Part shown: positions 54,717-63,693 of the stretch, one piece after another
Position numbering within the stretch: position 1 is the first letter of the stretch
How the letters are laid out: every line of letters starts with the position of its first letter
Virus record (IMG/VR): IMGVR_UViG_3300048930_000409
Location: 1 to 64,000 of that record
Source: a virus
DNA length: 64,000 bases
Strand: one strand, 5' to 3'
Translations under genes and position numbers: made by a program
Notes under the pieces: model-generated
Databases searched by the model: none
What the model was told of the DNA's origin: nothing
The model's input: only the letters and a program-made list of their open reading frames with translations

Positions 54717-55406
54717 TCAGCCCTCCGTCTCCGATTTGAAGATCTCGGCGATCTGTTCTGCCTTGCTGCCCGACGGCGGTTCCGGTTCGTGACGAATGGT
54801 TACCGCTCTGGTGGCACCGCCTGACGACGTGCCCTTCTTTACGAGCATGGGCGGGCGTCCTGACGGGCTCGAGGACACCGTCGGCTGGTTGGCCAGAAAC
54901 TTTCGAATTTCGTCCCCCACGATGTCGACGTAATCGGCGCTGACTTCCGCGGCGGCTTTTTCCAGAAATTTTGCCTGCCTGCCTCGATCCGACGGGGGGA
55001 TTTCCTTGAACCCTGGAAGTGTCTCCCCTGGCTGGCGAAACTTGACCCATGTGGACTCGTGGATCTTCCAGGCATACTCCGTGTCGTAACTGATCGTGTA
55101 CTCTCCGACGGATGACGACCCGAAGTCTTGCGTGCCTTTGCTGACCTTTCCGGAGTCCCTCGTGTTCCCCGTCCGATGGGGGACCATGTCATTTGAAAAC
55201 TTCAAGATTCGCGCCGCTGCGAAGTAGGCGCCGTGCCCCGCGCGACGGCGAAAGTTTCCCGTGAACGTGCCCCAGTACTTCTTCAGTTCAGGAAGACCCG
55301 CGATCTCAAAGTCGAACAGCATCGGGTAGGAGCCATTCCCACCCTTTGTCCATTCGTCATCCGGTTGAGGAAGTCGCCGGAATTTGGTCCCTGCGCTGAA
55401 GGCCAC
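54717..55406 (-). CDS. HK97-gp10-like neck protein
   Basis: VPHRTG..RDSG...YA..IHE...QAKFLE. Confidence 0.75.
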   Translation of the reverse strand: MAFSAGTKFRRLPQPDDEWTKGGNGSYPMLFDFEIAGLPELKKYWGTFTGNFRRRAGHGAYFAAARILKFSNDMVPHRTGNTRDSGKVSKGTQDFGSSSVGEYTISYDTEYAWKIHESTWVKFRQPGETLPGFKEIPPSDRGRQAKFLEKAAAEVSADYVDIVGDEIRKFLANQPTVSSSPSGRPPMLVKKGTSSGGATRAVTIRHEPEPPSGSKAEQIAEIFKSETEG

Positions 55407-55446
55407 GTTATGCGCTCTGACGGTGGTACGGTGGTACCATACCGGT

Positions 55447-55872
55447 ATGGACCCACACTGGTTTTACAACCGAACTACCCAAACCCCCACTTGCTGGGAG
55501 TGGAAAGGATGCCGAGCGAGAAACGGATACGGCAAATTGAAGTACAAAGGAGAGGTGCTGTACGCACATCGGAAATCCTTTGAACTCCATAACGGACCGG
55601 TCCCTCCGGGAAAATCGGTTCTTCACACTTGCGATAACCGAGCGTGCGTGCGCCCATCCCACTTGTACCTTGGCACTCAACAAGACAACATGACCGACCG
55701 AGTTGTAAGGGGACGGCACCCTAACACTCGTTTGACCCTCGATGAAGTTCTTGAAATTCGACGGCTGTACGGCACCATGAGTGTCTCCGCCATTGCTCGC
55801 AACTACCCTCACATGACCAGGGCAGCTGTGTACGACGTTGCGGTACGACGCTCGTGGAGTCATGTTGCTTAG
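55447..55872 (+). mobile_element. free-standing HNH homing endonuclease gene
   Basis: CWEWKG...GYG...AHR...VLHTCDNRACVRPSHL..GT..DN; opposite strand and lower GC than neighbours. Confidence 0.9.
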
Positions 55873-56270
55873 GCAGACTGTCTATGGTACATGAAGCCGC
55901 ACTGAATCAGGTAGTGGTGCAACCCCTGTTCATCGGGATAGCGCCCTACCGAGAAAATCTCTGGTTCCTGGTCTTCCCACCGGACGTCCGGGGGCAACAC
56001 CAACTTGTCCTGGATCGTGAAGATGCCGATGGACCCGCCCTCTAGCGGGCGCCGATCCTCGTCCACGGGCACGCCATCCGTATAGACGTCGTAGATGACG
56101 GCACTGTCTTCGTTCAACGCCCGCCGCAACGCCACGCCCCGGCCGACAATCCGCGCCCGGTATCGCTGCACGGGGCCGAACGTCTTGCGCAAGAAGGCGT
56201 CCGTGCCCGTGTACGGCGCGACCGTGACCGTGTCGGTCATCATCGACAGGAATTCGTTGTCGAAGGCCAT
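55869..56270 (-). CDS. head closure / head-tail joining protein
   Basis: position and VTVAPYTG.D...FG pattern. Confidence 0.65.
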   Translation of the reverse strand: MAFDNEFLSMMTDTVTVAPYTGTDAFLRKTFGPVQRYRARIVGRGVALRRALNEDSAVIYDVYTDGVPVDEDRRPLEGGSIGIFTIQDKLVLPPDVRWEDQEPEIFSVGRYPDEQGLHHYLIQCGFMYHRQSA

Positions 56271-56674
56271 TAGTGGTCGTGCATCCCTTTGCGGAATGCC
56301 CCCTGGATCAGATCCGACCGGTTGCGGGCCGTCTGGTTCTGGATGACGTACACGCCGCCTGCCGTGGGGATACCGCTGATCGCGGGGTCACCGCCGCCCA
56401 CCTGCAACGTGGTCTTCAACTTCACGAACTGTTCGTACCGCTGACTGGCGAGGATTTTGAGATCGCCGACCCACTTGTCGACCTGCCGGGCGTACCGCGC
56501 GATCAAGGCGTCCACGGCCAGGACCGACGCGGCACGCGGTGAGCCGCCCACCGACGCCAGCAGCGCCACGATCTCCTCGTCCTGCATTTGCGGATCTTCG
56601 GAGTAGATGTCTCCAATCATGAAGCGCACTTGGTCGAGGGCCGTTTGCTGCGAAGCGTCGTACGAGAAACTCAC
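56270..56674 (-). CDS. head-tail adaptor
   Basis: SFSYD...DQVRFMIGD......QDEEI. Confidence 0.75.
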   Translation of the reverse strand: MSFSYDASQQTALDQVRFMIGDIYSEDPQMQDEEIVALLASVGGSPRAASVLAVDALIARYARQVDKWVGDLKILASQRYEQFVKLKTTLQVGGGDPAISGIPTAGGVYVIQNQTARNRSDLIQGAFRKGMHDH

Positions 56675-56683
56675 CGCGGCCTC

Positions 56684-56938
56684 CTACTGGTCGGGGTCGG
56701 AGTACAGCGCGTCCCGGTCGGCCTGTACGTCGGCCAGGAACTGGTTGGCGCGGGCCTTGAGCAGTTCCGCCAGCTGCAGCGTCGTCAGCTCGGGGTACGG
56801 CGTGGGGTCCGGAGCGTTGGCGCGGAACGTGTTGTACAGCGCCAGAATGCCCGCGATCCCCATGCCCACCTTCCCAGCCAGCGGGGAGATGAAGTCGAGG
56901 ACCGAGTTGACCTTGTCGAGGTTCTGCTGAAGGGACAT
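56684..56938 (-). CDS. small amphipathic protein
   Basis: AGGAG SD. Confidence 0.6.
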   Translation of the reverse strand: MSLQQNLDKVNSVLDFISPLAGKVGMGIAGILALYNTFRANAPDPTPYPELTTLQLAELLKARANQFLADVQADRDALYSDPDQ

Positions 56939-56945
56939 GATGCTC

Positions 56946-57755
56946 CTAGGCGACGGGCGCCGGAACCGGGGACCGGAACAGGTCACGAATGGCCTGCAGT
57001 TGCTTGATCAGATCGTTGACCTTGACGGCTGTCTCCCCGATGCCGGGCGAGATGTTCGGCAACACGGATTCCAGCGACGTCAAGATCGCCTTGGCCTGCG
57101 TGGCCAGCGTCTGCTGCTCGGCGACGGTCGTGGCCACCTCGTACGCGATCAGGACGTCGGCCAGCTTGCCGATTTGCGTCCCGGCCGTCTCGAACACGTC
57201 GAGCAGGGTCTCGTACTGCTTCTGGTCGAGCGTCTTAACGGCGTACGCCTCCTTGGCGAACGACCGGGCTTCCTGGAGGATAGAGACCGCCCGGAGTCCC
57301 TCGGCCGAGATACGCCGCTGTGCCACGTCGGGCGACACGTCGACCGCCCGGCCCGCACACCCCGCCATCAGACCGAACGCCAGCAGCGCGGCCATCAGTT
57401 TCCGAACGGAGTTCGAGTTGGTCATCTCGACCGGACCGGGGTCCGCGACGTCGGGCGCCTTCATGTCGGCCGCCGCTCTCGTGAGGGCCATGGACGGCGT
57501 CACCACCATCGGGTTCGAGGCTTGGTTGGCCAGGTACCGCTGGAACAGTACCGTGCGGTTCTCCTTGACCCACGACGCGACCGCCGAGATGCCCAGGATG
57601 ACGAGGCCCGTAGCGAACTCCGCGAAGTTCGACACGGCCGGCGTCCAGTCACCTTCGGTCACGATGCCCTTGGCGATCAGGAAGCCGCCCAGGATGGACA
57701 GCAGCTTGATGAATCCCGACTTGAACAACCGTTCGTACAGTACCCGTTCCAACAT
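56946..57755 (-). CDS. two-TM holin-like domain fused to an internal lipoprotein-signal-like segment
   Basis: LGGFLIAKGIVTEGDW...GLVILGISAVASW; RKLMAALLAFGLMAG-C; AAGGAG SD. Confidence 0.65.
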   Translation of the reverse strand: MLERVLYERLFKSGFIKLLSILGGFLIAKGIVTEGDWTPAVSNFAEFATGLVILGISAVASWVKENRTVLFQRYLANQASNPMVVTPSMALTRAAADMKAPDVADPGPVEMTNSNSVRKLMAALLAFGLMAGCAGRAVDVSPDVAQRRISAEGLRAVSILQEARSFAKEAYAVKTLDQKQYETLLDVFETAGTQIGKLADVLIAYEVATTVAEQQTLATQAKAILTSLESVLPNISPGIGETAVKVNDLIKQLQAIRDLFRSPVPAPVA

Positions 57756-57839
57756 GGTCTCTCCTTGGTTTTGGGGGGTCATACCGTCGCCGTGCCGTTT
57801 CGGGGCAACCCCACGCCCCCGGACGGCCCCTATTTCGTT

Positions 57840-57918
57840 CTGCAGGACGCTAAGACGGGCGATCGGGGGTCCGGCCATACCACGGGCCACCCCCGGCGTC
57901 GCAAACGTCCTGCAGGAC
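57840..57918. repeat. CTGCAG-bounded dispersed intergenic element
   Basis: IR ctgcaggacg/cgtcctgcag; core ctaag...tcgggggtccggccataccacggg. Confidence 0.7.
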
Positions 57919-57928
57919 CGGAAACCCA

Positions 57929-58306
57929 TCATGCGCCCACCCGCCGGAGTTCCTGGACATAGAACACGATCAGGCGGTGCAACATGCCGCCCCCGGTGTA
58001 GGCCACCTTCAACGTCATCCACCGCTTCTGAATCCGGGCGGCCCCGACCGCGACCGTGTCCAACGGGCCGAGGCGCACTTCGAACCGGTCGGCATAGAAC
58101 GCCCCGCCGTTCACGTTGAAGAAGCTCTGGTTGTCGCGGTCGTTGATGATGGCCTGCGTCGCGGCATCCTCGAGCGTGATGGAGGCCGAGACGACCTCCT
58201 CGGGCTGGAGGACGTCGCCGTTCTCCTTGACGATGGCGGCCGTGTACAGGACGGACCCGCCCTCGGGCACGGGAACCGTGAATTCCTTGATCGCGTAGTC
58301 CGGCAT
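57929..58306 (-). CDS. small beta-rich structural-region protein
   Basis: 125 aa, GAGG SD. Confidence 0.6.
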   Translation of the reverse strand: MPDYAIKEFTVPVPEGGSVLYTAAIVKENGDVLQPEEVVSASITLEDAATQAIINDRDNQSFFNVNGGAFYADRFEVRLGPLDTVAVGAARIQKRWMTLKVAYTGGGMLHRLIVFYVQELRRVGA

Positions 58307-58314
58307 GGCCGCCT

Positions 58315-60015
58315 CTACAGACTGTCGAACAACTGTTCCTGCGTGACCGACGTCCGTCGCAACACTTCTTGAACCACTTCTGGGGTGAGGAACGATTCAC
58401 CCCGGACGCCTGCGGTCCGCATGGCTTCGTTCAAGACCCAGACGATATAATACGTCACCGGGACATTGACGACGACCAAGTCTCCGTTGATGGCCCACAC
58501 CATCGCCACGGTGCCCTGCGCGTGGATGGCGGTCGACAACGCCCCGGTCAGTCCCAAGGACATCGCGGCGGTGCCGACAAGGGCGGCGGATGGCTTGAAC
58601 AGGTCGCCGGTCACGCCCACGCTCACGGGCAAGGTGCCCCCGAGGGCGATGGCCGTCGACAGGTCGCCGGTCACCCCCACCGTCAGCGGTGTCGCCCCGG
58701 CCAGCGCCAGCGCTGTAGCCAACGCCCCGGACACCTGCACCGACATCGGCGCGGCCCCGCCCAGCGCGATGGCCGTCGACAACGCTCCCGATAGGCCGAG
58801 GACCATGTCCGCTGCGCCGGCCAGCGTACTGTTCCCGAGCAGGGCGCCCGTCACGTCCCACGCCATCGGCAACGCGCCAGCGAAGGAGATGACGGTCAGC
58901 AACTGCCCGGTATTACTCACCACGACAGGCAACGCGCCGGTCAGGGCAATCGCGGTCGACAGGTCACCGGTCAGGGCAAACGCCGCGCCCAGGTCACCCG
59001 ACAGCCCGGACCCGACGACCAGCCCGCCCGTCACGCCGAACACGGCCCCAACGGAGGCGGCCAGTTGAATCTGGGTCGTCAGGTTTGCTGACGCAGCTAT
59101 CGCTATCGGAACGGACCCGCCGAGTGCGATACTGGTCAGCAGATCGCCGGAGGCGGCCATCGCCATTGCGGCATTGCCATTCAAGGCAATCGCGGTCGAC
59201 AGCGCTCCCGTCACGCCGAACGCGGACGCGGCCGACCCAGCCAGCGCGATCTGCGTCGACAAGGCGCCTGTCGCGGCCACCGATGCTGCCATCGCGCCCG
59301 CCATGGTGATCTGCGTCGACAGCGCGCCAGTCAACGAAGCCGTAACATTCAGGGCGCCGTCGAATGTCGCGGGACTGCCGCCTGACACGAGCGGAAACGC
59401 CACCATGCACGCGTAGGCGAACCGCGCCGTTCCGATGTTGGTGAAGTTGCCCCGCTGATCGGACTCTGCGGATATCGAATTCCGCCATCCAAAATACTGC
59501 TGGTTGCCTCCGACGGTGCCCTTTGTCCAACCGGCGCCTTCGACAGTGCCGCTGTTCGATCCGCTGATGCGGCCGATTACGAACATCAGTGTCGGACCGG
59601 TTGTGTCGACATCCCCGACCGCGCCCGCGTAGTGATCGCCGTCGTTGATACCGTCGTAGAACGTTGACGCAATCGGCGTCGCCAACGGATCAAGTCCCGT
59701 ACACTCGAACGCCGTGCAGAACATGTTCTGCGCCGTGCCTGTAACTTGCGCGATGCTGATGTCGTGATTGCCGGCGCTCACGCCGAACTTTACGAAGATG
59801 TATTGCGGGAACGACCCGAGCGACGGACGACTGTCGCCCACCAACACAAAGTCTCCCGCGTCCAGGTTCGTCGTGATGATGTACTCACGCGACGCCGACG
59901 ACTCGCGCCCGATCAGCACTACAAGGTCGCTCCCGCCCGCCACCCCTAGAAGCTGCAGGAGTGACGGGCCGGGAGTGCCGCTGTAGACGTTGCTCTGCTG
60001 AATGGGCGCGGCCAT
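58315..60015 (-). CDS. fibre-like protein with about 14 tandem 20-aa repeats
   Basis: TGALSTAIALxGxxxxxxxV repeats. Confidence 0.75.
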   Translation of the reverse strand: MAAPIQQSNVYSGTPGPSLLQLLGVAGGSDLVVLIGRESSASREYIITTNLDAGDFVLVGDSRPSLGSFPQYIFVKFGVSAGNHDISIAQVTGTAQNMFCTAFECTGLDPLATPIASTFYDGINDGDHYAGAVGDVDTTGPTLMFVIGRISGSNSGTVEGAGWTKGTVGGNQQYFGWRNSISAESDQRGNFTNIGTARFAYACMVAFPLVSGGSPATFDGALNVTASLTGALSTQITMAGAMAASVAATGALSTQIALAGSAASAFGVTGALSTAIALNGNAAMAMAASGDLLTSIALGGSVPIAIAASANLTTQIQLAASVGAVFGVTGGLVVGSGLSGDLGAAFALTGDLSTAIALTGALPVVVSNTGQLLTVISFAGALPMAWDVTGALLGNSTLAGAADMVLGLSGALSTAIALGGAAPMSVQVSGALATALALAGATPLTVGVTGDLSTAIALGGTLPVSVGVTGDLFKPSAALVGTAAMSLGLTGALSTAIHAQGTVAMVWAINGDLVVVNVPVTYYIVWVLNEAMRTAGVRGESFLTPEVVQEVLRRTSVTQEQLFDSL

Positions 60016-60021
60016 GTCGAG

Positions 60022-60381
60022 TTACACGCCAGCCTTCTGCGTGCCAGACAGGGCGCCGAGATCGATCATGCCCTGCTCGAGAGCGCTCTGCGCGGCTGCA
60101 ATCATCGCCGCAACGGCCGCCAACGCTCCGGCGTTCATCTTCACTCGAGCCAGGAAGTTGAGTCGTTCGACATCGATTTCGAGGATACCTCCACTGATGT
60201 GATACCGCGCGTCCAGTACCGGGGCATCGGGACTGGTCGTCGACGTCATCTTCCCCAGACCGTTGATCGTGCCGCGATCCGTGTCGTACACGATCTGGCT
60301 CAGGTAGAACTTGTCGTATGCTGTAGACCCAGCCCCGCCGAGGACGGTCTTCAGCTGCGGAGGAGTTGAAAGCGTGATCAT
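60022..60381 (-). CDS. hypothetical structural-region protein
   Basis: AAGGAG SD. Confidence 0.65.
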   Translation of the reverse strand: MITLSTPPQLKTVLGGAGSTAYDKFYLSQIVYDTDRGTINGLGKMTSTTSPDAPVLDARYHISGGILEIDVERLNFLARVKMNAGALAAVAAMIAAAQSALEQGMIDLGALSGTQKAGV

Positions 60382-60390
60382 GACTGCTCC

Positions 60391-60825
60391 TTACGTCAGC
60401 GACGCGGTCAGCGTGCCAGCCGGGAACGACGGGGCCGGGTCGCTGTTGTTGATGGTCTTGGGCGCGTTCAGCGCCCCCTGCATCGCCACGCTACCGCCCG
60501 TGGGGGCCGTCATCAGGGCGAAGTGCGTTGCGGTGCCCCAGTTCGCCGACGGCACCGGGAACGTCACCGTCAGCAGGTTCGAGGTCGTGCCGGTCGTCCC
60601 GCTGCTGGCGCCGGTACCCGAGTTCTGGGTGTTGCGCCAGTTCGTGGAATTGCATGGCACCTGCACGCGGGCGTAGCTACCGCCAGTGATCTCGGTGCCG
60701 CCGCCCGCATCCGACGGAGCGCCCGTGAACAGCGCGACGTACCAGTCGGTCGGGGCCGTGTGCTGGATACCCCGGAACAGGTGATCGATGAGAAGATTCT
60801 CGAGATAGTCGGTAGCTGCAGACAT
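60391..60825 (-). CDS. minor virion/fibre-associated protein
   Basis: DYLEN.L.DH.FRG...YVALFT..P.D..GGTE..GGSYAR...NWGT.THF. Confidence 0.75.
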   Translation of the reverse strand: MSAATDYLENLLIDHLFRGIQHTAPTDWYVALFTGAPSDAGGGTEITGGSYARVQVPCNSTNWRNTQNSGTGASSGTTGTTSNLLTVTFPVPSANWGTATHFALMTAPTGGSVAMQGALNAPKTINNSDPAPSFPAGTLTASLT

Positions 60826-60834
60826 TGGGTCTCC

Positions 60835-62391
60835 TTACCGTACGCGGAACGCGACGGCCTTCATGTTGTTGCTGTCACGCCGCTCGTCGAGGACTTCGAC
60901 GCCCGGTCCCTTCACGAAACTGCTGATATCCTTGTCGGCGCGGATCGGAAACATCACGCCCCGATTGCCGACACCCACGGCACGGAAGGCCCCTCGGCCA
61001 TCCTGGATGAACTTCTCCACAGCACGGACGTCGTCCGTCGTCGGGAAGGCATCGGCACGGAAGGGCGCCTCGGCCCAGTGCCCGCGCCACACGCGGTCGT
61101 CACTCATCGGAATGGCGTCCAGGCCTGCGTTGAACGCATCCAGGCAGCGGTCCGTGTCCGGCCCCCACCCCATGCACCACAGCCCATCGTCGTGGTGGAA
61201 GCACATGACATGCTTGCGGGCGCGGCTGTGCGCGGCAGCGGCAAACGCCGCCATCTCGCTCTGGCAGACATCCCCGTTTCGGCCGTCGCGGCGGAGGTCG
61301 CCGAAGTTGCACGGCTCGCCGGAATCGAACGGCATGTCTTCCAGCTGGTGATGGTCGCGGTTCATCTCCTTGCTGTCGATGACGGCGGCCTCGCCCGAGC
61401 GCTTGATCCACTCGGTCCAGAACACTCCCGTGTCGCGGGAGATGTGGGCCGAGACGTACGTCGCCGGACGGCGCGAGAACTTCGGGTCGTGCCAGTCGGC
61501 GCCGTCGATGCCCGACAGGTTGACCATGGCATCAGGGTCTTCACGGCGGATCATGTCCACCACACGCCACAGGAACGCTTCACTGCGGGAGAAGCCGATG
61601 TTCTTGAACTCGTTCGCCACTTCCCAAATGACGTTGTTCTCGAACGTCAGGGCACGCACAAACGTCTCGGCGTACCGCATCAGCGCCGTCTGCCGGTGCG
61701 GATGGCCATCGACCACGTCGCGGCGGTCGCGCCAGTCCTCGAACGAGACGGCGTCCGCATCGGGCAGCAGTTCGTGCAGGTCGCCGAAGATGAACCAGCG
61801 CACCTTGAGCCCGTGGCGTGCCGCCTCCTGGGTGAGTTCACGCGCGGCCGTGAACGTCTCGGGCGTGTTCGGAATGGTCAGGTCCAGGCCCGTCAGGGCG
61901 CGGGCCGTGTCGGACCAGTATGGACCGCCCAGACTGCCGGCGCACCGAAGAATCGTCACTCGCTTGGACGCCGCCCGCGCCATCCACGCGGAGACATGAG
62001 ACTTGCGCCCCTGCATCCAGTGGGACAGCAGGCTCATGGCGGTGAACTCGCGCCAATCGAACAGGCCCAGGTCTGTCATGAACCAGCGCTTGCTGGGCGA
62101 TACGCGGAGCGGAAGCGTCGTGTCCGGACGCGCGGCCGGGGGCGGCGTCTCCGGCTCATCCGGCACGGGCACCGGCTTCGCGTGCATGTCCTTGTATTCC
62201 TGGGTGGAGTGCCACCAGGCGACCAAGGCTTCCTTGGAGAGCGTGCGGTTGGCTTCGAGCGACGCGAACGCCGTCAGCCAGGCCGCCATGAAGTCCGCGT
62301 CCGCCAGCACTTGCGGAAACGGACGCCATGGCGCCTCGGTTCGGATGATGTCGACGATGGTGGCCCACTCGTGGGACTGGTAGGGTCGCAT
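60835..62391 (-). CDS. putative clan GH-A (TIM-barrel) glycoside hydrolase
   Basis: NVIWEVANE acid/base motif, S.H, D.GEP, FH. Confidence 0.55.
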   Translation of the reverse strand: MRPYQSHEWATIVDIIRTEAPWRPFPQVLADADFMAAWLTAFASLEANRTLSKEALVAWWHSTQEYKDMHAKPVPVPDEPETPPPAARPDTTLPLRVSPSKRWFMTDLGLFDWREFTAMSLLSHWMQGRKSHVSAWMARAASKRVTILRCAGSLGGPYWSDTARALTGLDLTIPNTPETFTAARELTQEAARHGLKVRWFIFGDLHELLPDADAVSFEDWRDRRDVVDGHPHRQTALMRYAETFVRALTFENNVIWEVANEFKNIGFSRSEAFLWRVVDMIRREDPDAMVNLSGIDGADWHDPKFSRRPATYVSAHISRDTGVFWTEWIKRSGEAAVIDSKEMNRDHHQLEDMPFDSGEPCNFGDLRRDGRNGDVCQSEMAAFAAAAHSRARKHVMCFHHDDGLWCMGWGPDTDRCLDAFNAGLDAIPMSDDRVWRGHWAEAPFRADAFPTTDDVRAVEKFIQDGRGAFRAVGVGNRGVMFPIRADKDISSFVKGPGVEVLDERRDSNNMKAVAFRVR

Positions 62392-62398
62392 GGTCAGG

Positions 62399-63159
62399 TT
62401 ACCTGCACTGGAATTCGATGGGAACGACGACCGGGGCCACGCCCGGCGGAATGTTCGGCTGATACCAATTTGTGACGGTGGCCCCGCACTTCACGAGGCC
62501 GCCATCACACACCAACTCGCCGAACGCCATGACCTGCATGCCCGCTACTTCGGACTCGGGGAAGAGGTCAGCGATGCGGATTTCCCAGGCAGCGCCTGGT
62601 TCGACAAGCTGAGCCCATGTTCGGCGCCGACCGTCAGTGAAGACGAACGCAAGCTCGACGCGAGTGGCTCGATCACGTGAGTTGAACCCTCCCACATACG
62701 AATCAAGGAATCGTCCGTCACGTCGCCAGATCCCGGCTTGCCCGATGACGCCTGCGCCTCCGCGACGACACCCCGGAAATTCCCCGGTGCTCCCGGTGGC
62801 GTCGCTCTCCTGAAAAGCAGGGAGTTCGAGTGGACCGACTTCAGCGTCCCGGAGATGGCACGGAGCGAGGCGTAGAAGTTCTTGACCGATGGCATCTCCG
62901 ACACGGTCACTTCCAGGCTCACGGCATTCGGGTCGTTGATCGCGATGGTCTTCAGCACTTGGCCGGACACCCCCTCGCCGGTCTGGGCCGTGTTGGCGAA
63001 GACCACTTCGTACCCCGTCACGGGGTCGCCGGTCGTGGGCTTGTCCCACCCCAGCTGCACGGACGTCGCCGACGGGAGCAGCACGATCTCGGGCGGGGCC
63101 TGCGCCAGTGCGACCGTCGAGGTCAAGCACAGCATCAGGAACATCATCAAGACTCTCAT
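62399..63159 (-). CDS. signal-peptide FN3-like protein, apparently frameshifted near 62750
   Basis: MRVLMMFLMLCLTSTVALA-Q; LGWD.P....VTGYEV; protein-like sequence continues in the -1 frame to 62399 (0-frame stop at 62545). Confidence 0.6.
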
Positions 63160-63177
63160 GGACATCTCCTTGCACGT

Positions 63178-63214
63178 AGAAGAAACGGCCCGCACATGCA
63201 ACACGTGCGGGCCG
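63178..63214 (-). terminator. intrinsic terminator after capsid-region genes
   Basis: 10-bp stem cggcccgcac/gtgcgggccg followed by tttcttct on the - strand. Confidence 0.6.
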
Positions 63215-63249
63215 AGTGACCTCGATCGTTGGTGTCGAGGGCGAACCGC

Positions 63250-63666
63250 CTACTTCTTCGCCGTCTTCTTGGCCTTGGCCGGGGCCTTCGTCTTCTTGGC
63301 CTTGGCCGGCTTCACCGGGGGCGGGGGAGGCGCGTCATCTTCTTCCTCCTCGTCATCCTCGGTCTCGGTCTCGTCGACGTCGGCATCGTCGTCTTCGGTC
63401 ACATCGACCGCGTCGGATTCCTCCTCGTCCTCGACGGACTCCTGCGCGGCAGCGGCCTTGCGACCACGTGCCAGCGGGGCGGCCTCGGCGTCGAAGGAAG
63501 ACGTCAGGCCCATGGCCTCGGCGTACTCCTCCGGCGTCGCAGGCCGAATCATGCGCGTAGACGTCATCGCGGCTTCGTTGCGGAAGCTGCCCGTGTCCAC
63601 GAGGTCTCCCCGTTCATACGCCTCGCCAAAGGCGGTGAAGGGCTTGACCACTACAGAAATCGCCAT
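63250..63666 (-). CDS. capsid-adjacent protein with acidic and K/A/P-rich tail
   Basis: AAGGAGG SD; follows MCP. Confidence 0.7.
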   Translation of the reverse strand: MAISVVVKPFTAFGEAYERGDLVDTGSFRNEAAMTSTRMIRPATPEEYAEAMGLTSSFDAEAAPLARGRKAAAAQESVEDEEESDAVDVTEDDDADVDETETEDDEEEEDDAPPPPPVKPAKAKKTKAPAKAKKTAKK

Positions 63667-63693
63667 GTCCGTTCCTCCTTGCTGGTGGACGGG

